Of a DNA stretch of 19,343 nt, positions 10,296-19,343 are shown piece after piece (positions within the stretch are counted from its first letter, which is position 1; each line of letters begins with the position of its first letter). This DNA comes from Octopus sinensis. Its lineage: Eukaryota. The DNA lies in the NCBI RefSeq assembly GCF_006345805.1, contig NW_021824393.1:1-19343 (forward strand), in the 5' to 3' direction. The notes beneath the pieces were generated by a model. That model had not been told where the DNA came from. It searched no databases and saw only the letters and a program-made list of their open reading frames with translations. Position numbers and translations under genes: made by a program.

Positions 10296-10492
10296 AAAGT
10301 ATTATGTTAAAAGTATCCAAACGCGGAAATGGTGCAAAGAGACAGTCGGACGGCTGACTGACAGACAAACGGACACACCGACATGCGTACACAACAGTTA
10401 ACTAAATTAGAATTAGAAGCGGGACGAAATGTATGTGCGTGCGTTCGTCTGTTACGCGCGTGTTTGAGCGTGAGCGTGAGTTTTTTTCCACG

Positions 10493-10494
<2 letters not shown>

Positions 10495-10524
<30 letters not shown>

Positions 10525-11252
10525 GCTGTGTGTATGTTTGTGTATGTGTATGAGAGATCGAGAGAAAGAGAGAATGTGTGCGTGTGTGGTGTGTGTGGGG
10601 GGGTGTGCCTGTGTGTATGTTTGTGTATGTGTATGAGAGATTGAGAGAGAGAGTGTGTGTGCGTGTGTGTCTGTGTGTCTGTGTGGCTATGTGTGTGTGT
10701 GGCTGTGTGTGCCTGTGTGTATGTTTGTGTATGTGTATGAGAGATTGAGAGAGAGAGTGTGTGCGTGCGTGTGTGTGTGTGTGGCTGTGTGTGGCTCTGT
10801 GTATGTTTGTGTATGTGTATGAGAGATTGAGAGAGTGTGCGTGTGTGTTTGTGTGTGTGTGTGGCTATGTGTGTATGTGGCTGTGTGTGCCTGTATGTTT
10901 GTTTGTGTATGTGTATGAGAGATTGAGGGAGAGAGTGTGTGTGCGTGTGTGTGTGCGTGTGGCTGTGTGTCTGTGTGTGTGTGGCTGTGTGTGTGTGTGT
11001 GTGTGTGGCTGTGAGTGCCTGTGTGTATGTTTGTGTATGTGTATGAGAGATTGAGAGAGAGAGAGTTTGTGTGTATGCGTGTGTGTGGCTGTGTGTGCCT
11101 GTGTGTATGTTTGTGTAGGTGTATGAGAGATTGAGAGAGAGAGAGAGTGTGTGTGCGTGTGTGTGTGTATGTGTGTGCGTGTGTGCGTGGCTGTGTGTGC
11201 CTGTGTGTATGTTTGTGTATGTGTATGAGAGAGTGAGAGAGAGAGTGTGTGC

Positions 11253-11286
<34 letters not shown>

Positions 11287-11420
11287 GGCTGTGTGTATGT
11301 TTGTGTATGTGTATGAGAGATTGTGAGAGAGAGTGTGTGCGTGCGTGTGTGTGTGTGTGTATGTGTGTGTGTGTGTGTGGCTGTGTGTGCCTGTGTGTGT
11401 GTGTGTATGTGTGTGTACGT
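10495..11420. repeat. (GT)/(GA)-derived minisatellite, 9 units of ~80-130 bp
   Basis: The conserved core ggctgtgtgtgcctgtgtgtatgtttgtgtatgtgtatgagagattgagagaga recurs 9 times, separated by variable (GT)n. Confidence 0.92.
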
Positions 11421-11694
11421 GAGTCCCGTATTTGGAATACATTTAATAGGACTTATAAAGAACTTTGTGACAGGCATATTAAAATTTTTGTTCTTCATAT
11501 GTGTTGGTCCTATTTATCTACGGAACGGAAATTGCTATGTACTATTATCTCTTATTACTAAATACAACAGCGCCACCAGACAAAGTGGTTTGGAAGATTT
11601 TCTTAAGGGTCTTATTTTTCTTTTAATAAAAAAAAAAACAAAAAAAACCCAAAAAAAAAACCAACAAGTAGTATATACAGATAAAAAAAAGAAA

Positions 11695-11825
11695 TTCTGA
11701 GTTCAAATCCCGTTGAGAATAGTCTTGCCTTTTATCCTTACAGAGTTGATAAAAAAAGCAGAAATGAAACCCTGGCTCTCGATATTGTCGACTCACCCCT
11801 GTCCCCACAATTTCAGGCCTCGTGT
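11695..11825 (+). mobile_element. degenerate SINE family A copy (alternative tail)
   Basis: ttctgagttcaaatccc...ttgccttttatcctt...gtcgactcacccct...aatttcaggcctcgtg. Confidence 0.6.
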
Positions 11826-11852
11826 CTGTTGCGAGGGGGGGGGGAGAATAGT

Positions 11853-12231
11853 TGCTTAGCGGTATTTCGTCTGCCGTTACGTTCTGAGTTCAAATTCCGC
11901 CGAGGTCGACTTTGCCTTTCATCCTTTCGGGATCGATAAATTAAGTACCAGTTACACACTGGGGTCGATGTAATCGACTTAATCCGTTTGTCTGTCCTTG
12001 TTTGTCCTCTCTGTGTTTAGCCCCTTGTGGATAGTAAAAAAATAGGCATTTCGCCTGCCGTTATGTTCTGAGTTCAAATTCCGCCGAGGTCGACTTTGCC
12101 TTTCATCCTTTCGGGGTCGATAAATTAAGTACCAGTTACGTACTGGGGTCGATGTAATCGACTTAGTCCCTTTCTCTGTCCTTGTTTGTCCTCTCTGTGT
12201 TTAGCCCCTTGTGAGTAGTAAAGAAATAGGT
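11853..12231 (+). mobile_element. SINE family A dimer (partial head plus two body units)
   Basis: gcttagcggtatttcg...aataggcatttcgcctgccg...aaagaaataggt; the same junction as the 1-758 array. Confidence 0.85.
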
Positions 12232-12442
12232 TTACATATATCAACACAGCAAACCATGGCTGAGTTCGAACTCATACCGTTAAAAACTGGAACAAATGCC
12301 GCAAGACATCTCGACCGATGTTTTCCCATTTCCATCAACCAATCACTCTAGAGAGATACATTTTTATCAACCCCAAAGGAATGAAAGACAACGTAAAACT
12401 CGTCCAATGGATGGTGCTGAGTCGTCAAAAATTTAAACCAAA

Positions 12443-12579
12443 TTTGCCTTTCATCCTTTCGGGATCGATAAATTAAGTACCAGTTACACACTGGGGTCGA
12501 TGTAATCGACTTAATCCGTTTGTCTGTCCTTGTTTGTCCTCTCTGTGTTTAGCCCCTTGTGGGCAGTAAAGAAATAGGT
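12443..12579 (+). mobile_element. 5'-truncated SINE family A
   Basis: tttgcctttcatcctttcgggatcg...aaagaaataggt, nearly identical to 11911-12046. Confidence 0.8.
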
Positions 12580-12624
12580 ATTGGAAAGAATTATTATTTT
12601 TGCTGTTATTATCTCAATGACAAT

Positions 12625-13020
12625 GGTGGCGGCGAACTGACAACATCGTTAGCAGGCCGAGCAAAATGCTTAGCGGCATTTCGTTCGTCCTTACGTTCTG
12701 AGTTCAAATTCCGCCGAGGTCAACTCTGCCTTTCATCCTTTCGAGGTCGATTAAATAAGTACCAGTTGCGCACTGGGGTCGATGTAATCGACTTAATCTG
12801 TTTGTCTGTCCTTGTTTGTCCCCTCTGTATTTAGCCGCTTGTGGGTAGTAAAGAAATAGGTATTTCGTCTATCTTTACGTTCTGAGTTCAAATTCCGCCG
12901 AGGTCGACTTTGCCTTTCATCCTTTTGAGGTCGATAACCTAAGTTCCAGTGAAAGACTGAGGTCGATATAATCGACTTGTCCCCTTTTCTCAAATTTCAG
13001 GCCTTGTGCCTTTAATAAAA
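12625..13020 (+). mobile_element. SINE family A chimeric dimer (tail type 1 unit plus tail type 2 unit)
   Basis: Head and body ending aagaaataggt, then atttcgtc... and a second body ending in the alternative tail caaatttcaggccttgtgcc. Confidence 0.8.
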
Positions 13021-13035
13021 AGGATTATTATCTCT

Positions 13036-13244
13036 AGGACAATGAAGGCAGTGTGCTCACAGAATCGTTAGCACGCCGGGCAAAATGCTTAGCGGCATTT
13101 TGGCTTCCGTTACGTTCTGAGTTCAAATTCCGCCGACGTCTACTTTGCCTTTCATCCTTTCGGGGTTGATTAAATAAGTACCAGTTACTCACTGGGGTCG
13201 ATGTAATCGACTTAATTCCTTCCCCAAGCTGCCCTTGTTGCAAA
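13036..13244 (+). mobile_element. SINE family A copy (alternative tail)
   Basis: cagaatcgttagcacgccgggcaaaatgcttagcggcatt...gagttcaaattcc...ggggtcgatgtaatcgac. Confidence 0.8.
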
Positions 13245-13251
13245 ATTATTA

Positions 13252-13333
13252 TGTCTAAATTTTGCTTTACATTTGTACAAGTTGGCTTCAAGTCTCACCC
13301 AGAGACCTCAAGAGACAACAAGCTGGAAGTTCA
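13252..13333 (-). mobile_element. probable 3'-UTR fragment of a second R4/Dong-like LINE in (TAA)n
   Basis: The minus strand GAGGTCTCTGGGTGAGACTTG...TTTAGACA is flanked on both sides by TAA repeats; it resembles R4-clade 3' ends (from recall). Confidence 0.4.

Positions 13334-13397
<64 letters not shown>
13334..13397. repeat. (TTA)n microsatellite
   Basis: Read directly from the sequence. Confidence 0.97.
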
Positions 13398-13400
<3 letters not shown>

Positions 13401-13819
13401 TAGTTTTATTTTTATAGCGTGCTTTCACTTCACTACCGAGCGCAGCTCTGTGTGCCTTGGGTATGTGCTGTGATTTGTTGTGATGCTCTGATGGTTATTG
13501 TATGGAAAGTGTTCTGCGTAGGATGTGTGCAGTGCCCAGTAGTGCAATTTTCTGTATTTTATATGTGTTTGTAAGTCCTGGTGTTTTTGTTATGTATTTG
13601 TCTGAATATTTTTTTATCATGCCTAATGCACCTACTATGATAGGAATTGTTTCTGTTTTGAGATTCCACATTCTGGTTACCTCTATTTCCAGGTCTTTGT
13701 ATTTTGAGAGTTTCTCCATTTCTGTTAGAGATACGTTATCATCTGCCGGTATTGATACATCAATTAGAAAGCATTTTTTTCTTCATGATCTCTGACAACT
13801 ATATCTGGTCTGTTGGCCT
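13398..13819 (-). mobile_element. 5'-truncated R4/Dong-clade LINE: restriction-like endonuclease (RLE) domain plus 3' UTR
   Basis: KANRPDIVVRDHEEK/KCFLIDVSIPADDNVSLTEMEKLSKYKDL...IPIIVGALG...IQKIALLGTAHILRRTL* (PD-(D/E)xK-type RLE; frameshift in an A-run; stop at 13495). (TAA)n lies on both sides. Confidence 0.9.
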
Positions 13820-13834
13820 TATTATTATTATCTC

Positions 13835-14640
13835 AAGGACAATGAGGGGGTTAGCTGATATAATCATTAGCAAGGCAGATAAAATTCCTTTCATTCGTCT
13901 TTACGTTCTAGTCTAAAATTCTGCTGAGGTTAGCTTTGCCTTTCATCCTTTCGGGGTCGATAAAATAACTCATCATCATCATCATTGTTCGACCGTGGTC
14001 GAGACAATGGAATTTACCATGCTACGCCAGACTTCACGGTCCATCATGGCATTACGGAGGTCCTGTTGCTGGATGCCTGTATCCCTGGAGATTACATCAG
14101 GGTAGGAGAGTGTGCGCCCTCTGGTATTGCGAGTAGATGGCTTCCAGAGGAGAAGAGTAGAAATTGCCTCTTTTTCAGCTCTATAACAATGTCCAGCAAA
14201 CTGGACTCTCCTACCTTTCACAAGAGATGACACAGGTGGTAGTTTCCCATATATTTGCATTTTGGTTGGATGGCGCTTCCACGAGAGATTTTGAGCTCTC
14301 ATAAGGAGGCGAGTGTAGGTTCCATCCAACCGCCTCTCAAGGTTCTTTGATAACGTCCAGGTTTCTGAGCCATATAGTAGAATTGGTTCGACTGTGGCTT
14401 TGAAGATTTCAAGTTTGAAGTCTCTACTTAGATTTGATGACCAGATCTTATGCATGTCATTACAGGCTGACCAGGCCATACCCTTTCTAGTTAGAAAGTC
14501 TTTTCCAGATGATGATATGTATGACCCAAGATTTATGATCTTGGGTCATAAAATAACTACCAGTCTAACACATGGGTCGATACAATAGACTAATCCCCTT
14601 CCTCTAAATTTCAGGCTTTGTGCCGATAGCAGAAAGAATT
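13835..14640 (+). mobile_element. degenerate SINE family A (alternative tail) split by an RTE insertion
   Basis: The 5' half 13835-13970 ends gggtcgataaaataact; the 3' half resumes ataaaataactaccagtc...aaatttcaggctttgtgcc at 14548-14640. Confidence 0.7.
13971..14532 (-). mobile_element. 5'-truncated RTE-superfamily LINE with (TGA)n tail and 11-bp TSD
   Basis: Uninterrupted frame LGSYISSSGKD...LLYGSETWTL...LDGTYTRLL...FAGHC...DREVW* (end of RT, thumb and C-terminus). The stop at 13982 runs directly into (TGA)n. TSD ataaaataact at 13960-13970 and 14548-14558. Confidence 0.9.
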
Positions 14641-14644
14641 ATGT

Positions 14645-14785
14645 CAAGGACAGCAGATTGGCGGAATCGTTAAAAGAGCGGAAAAACACCTGATAGCATT
14701 TCTTCCAGTATCATACGTTCTGAGTTCAAATCCCAACAAGGTTATCTCCGCATTCATTAATTCAGGGATCGCAAAAATAAATTAC
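14645..14785 (+). mobile_element. old degenerate SINE family A copy
   Basis: ttggcggaatcgtta...tacgttctgagttcaaatccc...cagggatcgcaaaaataaattacc. Confidence 0.55.
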
Positions 14786-14910
14786 CATTCAGAACGGTAG
14801 GCTGTCGGAGTTATTAGACAAATGGACAATTTGCACTGTGGTATATTTACTCCAGTTTCCCGAGGAGACAGGTTCCAAGGTGTGCCTTGGAGGTCCTTGT
14901 ACTTATATAT

Positions 14911-15291
14911 GTGGAGGCGCAATGGCCCAGTGGTTAGGGCAGCGGACTCGCGGTCGTAGGATCGCGGTTTCGATTCCCAGACAGGGCGTTGTGAGTGTTT
15001 ATTGAGCGAAAACACCTAAAGCTCCACGAGGTTCCGGCAGGGGGTGGTGATCCCTGCTGTACTCTTTCACCACAACTTTCTCTCACTCTTACTTCGTGTT
15101 TCTGTTGTACCTGTATTTCAAAGGGCCGGCCTTGTCACTCTCTGTGTTACGCTAAATATCCCCGAGAACTACGTTAAGAGTACACGTGTCTGTGGAGTGC
15201 TCAGCCACTTACACGTTAATTTCACGAGCAGGTTGTTCCGTTGATTCGGATCAACCGGAACCCTCGTCGTCGTAACCGACGGAGTGCTTCC
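14911..15291 (+). mobile_element. tRNA-derived SINE family B, full length, 10-bp TSD
   Basis: A box TGGCCCAGTGG, B box GTTTCGATTCC, tRNA-Arg-like head. TSD acttatatat at 14901-14910 and 15292-15301. Confidence 0.9.
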
Positions 15292-15634
15292 ACTTATATA
15301 TACTTTCACGTCAGTGTTTTTAAATAGGTCATCTTGTTGTGGAAAGCCGTCACGTACTTTTATATATACACTTTTGCTTGCTTTCTGCCCAAAAATTTAA
15401 TGCGCTTAGCTTAGATTTTTGGAGTCAGCCAGATTTGAACAGTCTCAAGTGTAACCGGTCGAAACTGTAAGGATGATTTAGTAACTTGACTGAGGAGAGA
15501 AGGCTGCGAATGACCGATTCTTGTCTTTTTCTGTCCGTCTTTGTATCGTCTATCTGCCCAGATGTTCAATTATCGTCTGTTGCGTTCTTGTTCCATTTTT
15601 TTATATATGTATATATATATATATGTGTGTGTAA

Positions 15635-15965
15635 GCGGTGCTCCAACATGGCCATAGTCAAATGACTGAAACAAGTAAAAGAATGACAAAAAATATATAT
15701 ATGTGTGTGTATGTGTGTGTGTGTGTTTGTGTTTATTCCACCACCACCACCTCTGGACAACTGGCGTTGGATCCCGTAACACAGCAGTTCAGCAACGGAC
15801 ACCGACAGAATAAGTACCAGAAATTGAACCAAAAGCAAAAACAAAACAAAGAAAAAAAATTAAATAACAAATAAGTATTGGGTGTGGTTTGTTCGGCTAA
15901 GAATCACTCAAAGGCGGTGCTCCAGCATGGTCGCAGTCGAAGGGCTGAAACCGGGAGATATAAAT
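15635..15965 (+). mobile_element. degenerate 3' portions of SINE family C (two tails)
   Basis: gcggtgctccaacatggccatagtcaaatgactgaaacaagtaaaaga (15635-15682) and a longer decayed 3' half (~15700-15965), both homologous to 5921-6151. Confidence 0.7.
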
Positions 15966-16158
15966 GATAGAAGGCAGAGAGAAAGAAAAGAATGCGTTCA
16001 GAAAAGCAAATATGCACGCATGCGCACATGCACCTATTTTTCGCTGCACCCACGAAAGATCCAACAATGGCGTTGTTTGATAACGAAACCTAGACGTAAC
16101 AATGGCCTTTCTGTATTCTCACTGGTTTTTCCTTTCTATATTTAACTAATCACCATCC

Positions 16159-17080
16159 GTGGAGGCGCAATGGCCCAGTGGTTAGGGCAGCGGACTCGCG
16201 GTCATAGGATCGCGGTTTCGATTCCCAGACCGGGCATTGTGAGTGTTTATTGAGCGAAAACACCTAAAAAGCTCCCGAGGCTCCGGCAGGGGATGGTGGT
16301 GATCCCTGCTGTACTCTTTCACCACAACTTTCTCTCACTCTTACTTCCTGTTTCTGTTGTACCTGTATTTCAAGGGGCCGGCCTTGTCACTCTCTGGAGG
16401 CGCAATGGCCCAGTGGTTAGGGCAGCGGACTCGCGGTCATAGGATCGAGGTTTCGATTCCCAGACCGGGCGTTGTGAGTGTTTATTGAGCGAAAACACCT
16501 AAAAAGCTCCACGAGGCTCCGGCAGGGGATGGTGGTGATCCCTGCTGTACTCTTTCACCACAACTTTCTCTCACTCTTACTTCCTGTTTCTGTTGTACCT
16601 GTATTTCAAAGGGCCGGCCTTGTCACACTCTGTGTCACGCTAAATATCCCCGAGAACTACGTTAACGGTGCACGTGTCTGTGGAGTGCTCAGCCACTTAC
16701 ACGTTAATTTCACGAGCAGGCTGTTCCGTTGATTCGGATCAATCGGAACCCTCATCGTCGTAACCGACAGAGTGCTTCCATATTGAGCGAAAACACCTAA
16801 AGCTCCACGATGATCCGGCAGGGGATGGTGGTGATCCCTGCAGTACTCTTTCACCACAACTTTCTCTCACTCTTACTTCCTGTTTCTGTTGTACCTGTAT
16901 TTCAAAGGGCCGGCCTTGTCTCACTCTGTGTCACGCTAAATATCCCCGAGAACTACGTTAAGGGTACACGTGTCTGTAGAGTGCTCAGCCACTTACTCGT
17001 TAATTTCACGAGCAGGCTGTTCCGTTGATTCGGATCAACCGGAACCCTCGTCGAGGTAACCGACGGAGTGCTTCCAATCC
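16159..17080 (+). mobile_element. SINE family B trimer: 3'-truncated + full + 5'-truncated units within a single TSD
   Basis: Units at 16159-16395, ~16395-16780 and 16781-17080. TSD aatcaccatcc at 16148-16158 and 17081-17091. (TCCAA)n tail. Confidence 0.9.
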
Positions 17081-17240
17081 AATCACCATCCGTTTGCGTA
17101 ATTCCCTCCCTCGCAACCCCTGCATTTCGCATTAGACAGGTTACCAAACCTCTATAGCCGGCATTTCATCAGTGTTGAACTCCCGTGTAACCTTTAGGTA
17201 ATAGCAGGAGTCACTAAGTGGTTGCTAGATGTGGTTGCTG

Positions 17241-17476
17241 AAGACGGCGAGCTGGCAGAAACGTTAGCGCGCCGGACGAAATGCTTAGCGGTATTTCGTC
17301 TGCCGCTACGTTCTGAGTTCAAATTCCGCCGAGGTCGACTTTGCCTTTCATCCTTTCGGGGTCGATAAATAAAGTACCAATTTCGCACTGGGGTCGATGT
17401 AATCGACTTAATCCGTATGTCTGTCCTTGTTTGTCCTCTCTGTGTTTAGCCTCTTGTGGGTAGTAAAGAAATAGGT
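17241..17476 (+). mobile_element. SINE family A full-length monomer with 14-bp TSD
   Basis: Head gacggcgagctggcagaaacg to tail aagaaataggt. TSD ggttgctagatgtg at 17220-17233 and 17474-17487. Confidence 0.9.
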
Positions 17477-17606
17477 TGCTAGATGTGTTAGAAACGATGG
17501 TTAAATTTCCCCTCATATCACATATTCCTCTTTAAAGAGGACCCGTTGCAAGATTTGCTCCTACATATAAACCACGTATCTTTACACACACACATATATA
17601 TATATT

Positions 17607-17760
17607 CGAAGGGGTACTGAAAAGTACCTGCCTTTGAGTAAAAGAAAATACAGAATTTCATTCAACGTATACCCTCCTTAGATCCACACACGTTTCCTAA
17701 GCCCTGTAAAAGAACTCGCAAGGTTGGGTCTCTAGCCAGGAAATTTTCAGCACCCCTTTC
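17607..17760. mobile_element. mariner-type MITE with ~27-bp imperfect TIRs
   Basis: Left end gaaggggtactgaaaagtacctgcct versus the reverse complement of the right end, gaaaggggtgctgaaaatttcctggct. TA-rich left flank. Confidence 0.75.
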
Positions 17761-17803
17761 TGTGTACATATACGGGTATGTGTGTGTGTGTTTTGTGTAT
17801 GGG

Positions 17804-17831
17804 TATATATATATATATGCATGTATATATA

Positions 17832-17880
<49 letters not shown>
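17804..17880. repeat. (TA)n microsatellite
   Basis: Read directly from the sequence. Confidence 0.95.
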
Positions 17881-17883
<3 letters not shown>

Positions 17884-18114
17884 TGTATTTAAAGCAGCAG
17901 AAAATTCAACAAAACCTGTTACTCTGAGTTTCACGTTGCCGTTCATCGGACAGTTTTTGCTAGAAAAAACTGTCCGATGAACGGCAACGTGAAACTCAGA
18001 GTAACAGGTTTTGTTGAATTTTCTGCTGCTTTAAATAAAGCATATTACTCTACCACTGGTAATTGCGTACTCTCTTTTTTCCACCTTGTCTCACATTTAT
18101 GTGTTTACTCCGGT
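17878..18114. mobile_element. Penelope-like pseudo-LTR remnant with a 168-bp palindrome (17878-18045)
   Basis: Inverted repeat centred on CT|AG at 17961/17962 with two mismatches. A hammerhead-like core lies in each arm; there is a ~70-bp one-sided extension and (TA)n on both sides. Confidence 0.7.
17970..18007 (+). ncRNA. minimal type I hammerhead ribozyme-like motif, CCGAUGA core variant (mirror copy on - at 17916-17953)
   Basis: Stem I CTGT/ACAG; CCGATGA (17974-17980); stem II ACG-gcaa-CGT; GAAA (17991-17994); stem III CTC-a-GAG; triplet GTA (18001-18003). Confidence 0.65.
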
Positions 18115-18440
18115 ATATATATATATATATATATATATATGATATATAATACTATATTTGTTCCACGTCCTCGCGTTGTGTTTTTTTGTGCTTTCTTGTT
18201 TGGATTAACTTTATATATATATATAAACATGACTGAGGCGTTTATATATATAAACATGACTGAGGCGTTAGAAACACCTACATTGCTAGAAATAAGAGCT
18301 AAACACCCTAATCCTTTACTCAAAGCATATAATGATGTAGCAGCCAAGATATTCTCGGCCACTGCTTTTCGGCTAATTACTGTCCCTGTCAGTGTGTATG
18401 TATACAGTTATCTGCTTTGAATGCAATACAGGTGTTCCTT

Positions 18441-18829
18441 GTGGAGGCGCAATGGCCCAGTGGTTAGGGCAGCGGACTCGCGGTCGTAGGATCGCGGTTT
18501 CGATTCCCAGACCGGGCGTTGTGAGTGTTTATTGAGCGAAAACACCTAAAGCTCCACGAGGCTCCGGCAGGGATGGTGGTGATCCCTGCTGTACTCTTTC
18601 ACCACAACTTTCTCTCACTCTTACTTCCTATTTCTGTTGTACCTGTATTTCAAAGGGCCGGCCTTGTCACTCTCTGTGTCACGCTGAATATCCCCGAGAA
18701 CTACGTTAAGGGGACACGTGTCTGTGGAGTGCTCAGCCACTTACACGTTAATTTCACGAGCAGGCTGTTCCGTTGATTCGGATCAACCGGAACCCTCGTC
18801 GTCGTAACCGACGGAGTGCTTCCAATCCA
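18441..18829 (+). mobile_element. tRNA-derived SINE family B, full length, 12-bp TSD
   Basis: Near-identical to 14911-15291, with a (TCCAA)2 tail. TSD acaggt[g/a]ttcct at 18428-18439 and 18830-18841. Confidence 0.9.
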
Positions 18830-19343
18830 ACAGGTATTCCTAACATCCTCAGTCAGTTTAATGACAGTTATAGTTGTCCTTTGTAGTACACATTTGCTTA
18901 CTGCAGCCTATATCAATTATATATATTTATACGATCAAAACCCCCGCCCGTCCAATAGACGGTGCTAAATAAAAAGCAATCAGTGTTTTCTTGTCATTAA
19001 AAAATAATTAAGCATGCCTTTATTTCAATAAAATTTTTGGTTTTGTTAAACGAAGTTAAGCCAAAAAAAAAAACTTCTTGAGAAACCAAATAGTCTTTCC
19101 TTCCTTTATGCCAAGTTTGAAGAAAATATCTCTTTTGCATCTTACTTTTTTGGTCTCTTAAATATACTGCATTTTGTGGCATTATTTCAAGCCAGCCAGC
19201 TTTTTTTGCGCAAACTGCAATGGAATTTTTCACGCATACGCGTAATATCGATCGCGACAGCTGATGTACTTGCGCGTACAGTTGCACGTTCCCACGGCTT
19301 TATCGATCGCATTCTCACCTGGAATCGATTTTTGTAATTTTTT

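Noticed and set aside
10452-11498. 348-aa and 251-aa His/Thr-rich ORFs
   Set aside because: They are translations of a (CA)n-based minisatellite, with no domain or coding signature.
12255-12405. Highly decayed minus-strand SINE A-like fragments
   Set aside because: Similarity is too patchy to give boundaries.
14911-14990. tRNA genes at SINE heads (also 8143, 16159, 17241, 18441, 6850)
   Set aside because: A/B boxes are present but there is no proper acceptor stem, and each continues into a SINE body with TSDs.
15044-15244. Recurrent [20 protein letters not shown]... (several copies)
   Set aside because: An incidental frame within SINE B; it recurs only because the SINE does.
18935-19343. 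Possible decayed piggyBac 3' end (Cys-rich TCNC...RYY...KIPL frame on the minus strand, CCC near 18941)
   Set aside because: The frame has stops, Cys spacing is incomplete and there is no TTAA; too weak without a database search.

Overview
Eukaryotic, AT-rich and almost entirely repetitive intronic/intergenic DNA. The SINE families and microsatellite load resemble an octopus (cephalopod) genome; this is an inference from pattern recognition, not a search. No intact host gene is evident. The window contains: three tRNA-derived SINE families in many copies, some tandem or chimeric; 5'-truncated LINE fragments of four kinds (Tx1/L1-like, R4/Dong-like, RTE, Hero-like); a decayed mariner transposon and a mariner-type MITE; two short non-autonomous Helitrons; two near-perfect ~170-bp palindromes, each carrying a minimal type I hammerhead ribozyme motif (Penelope-like pseudo-LTR remnants); and many simple or compound microsatellites, which generate most of the ORF track. 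The most notable observations are the hammerhead palindromes, a SINE that multimerises through one fixed tail-to-head junction at three independent loci, and several nested or microsatellite-associated insertions.
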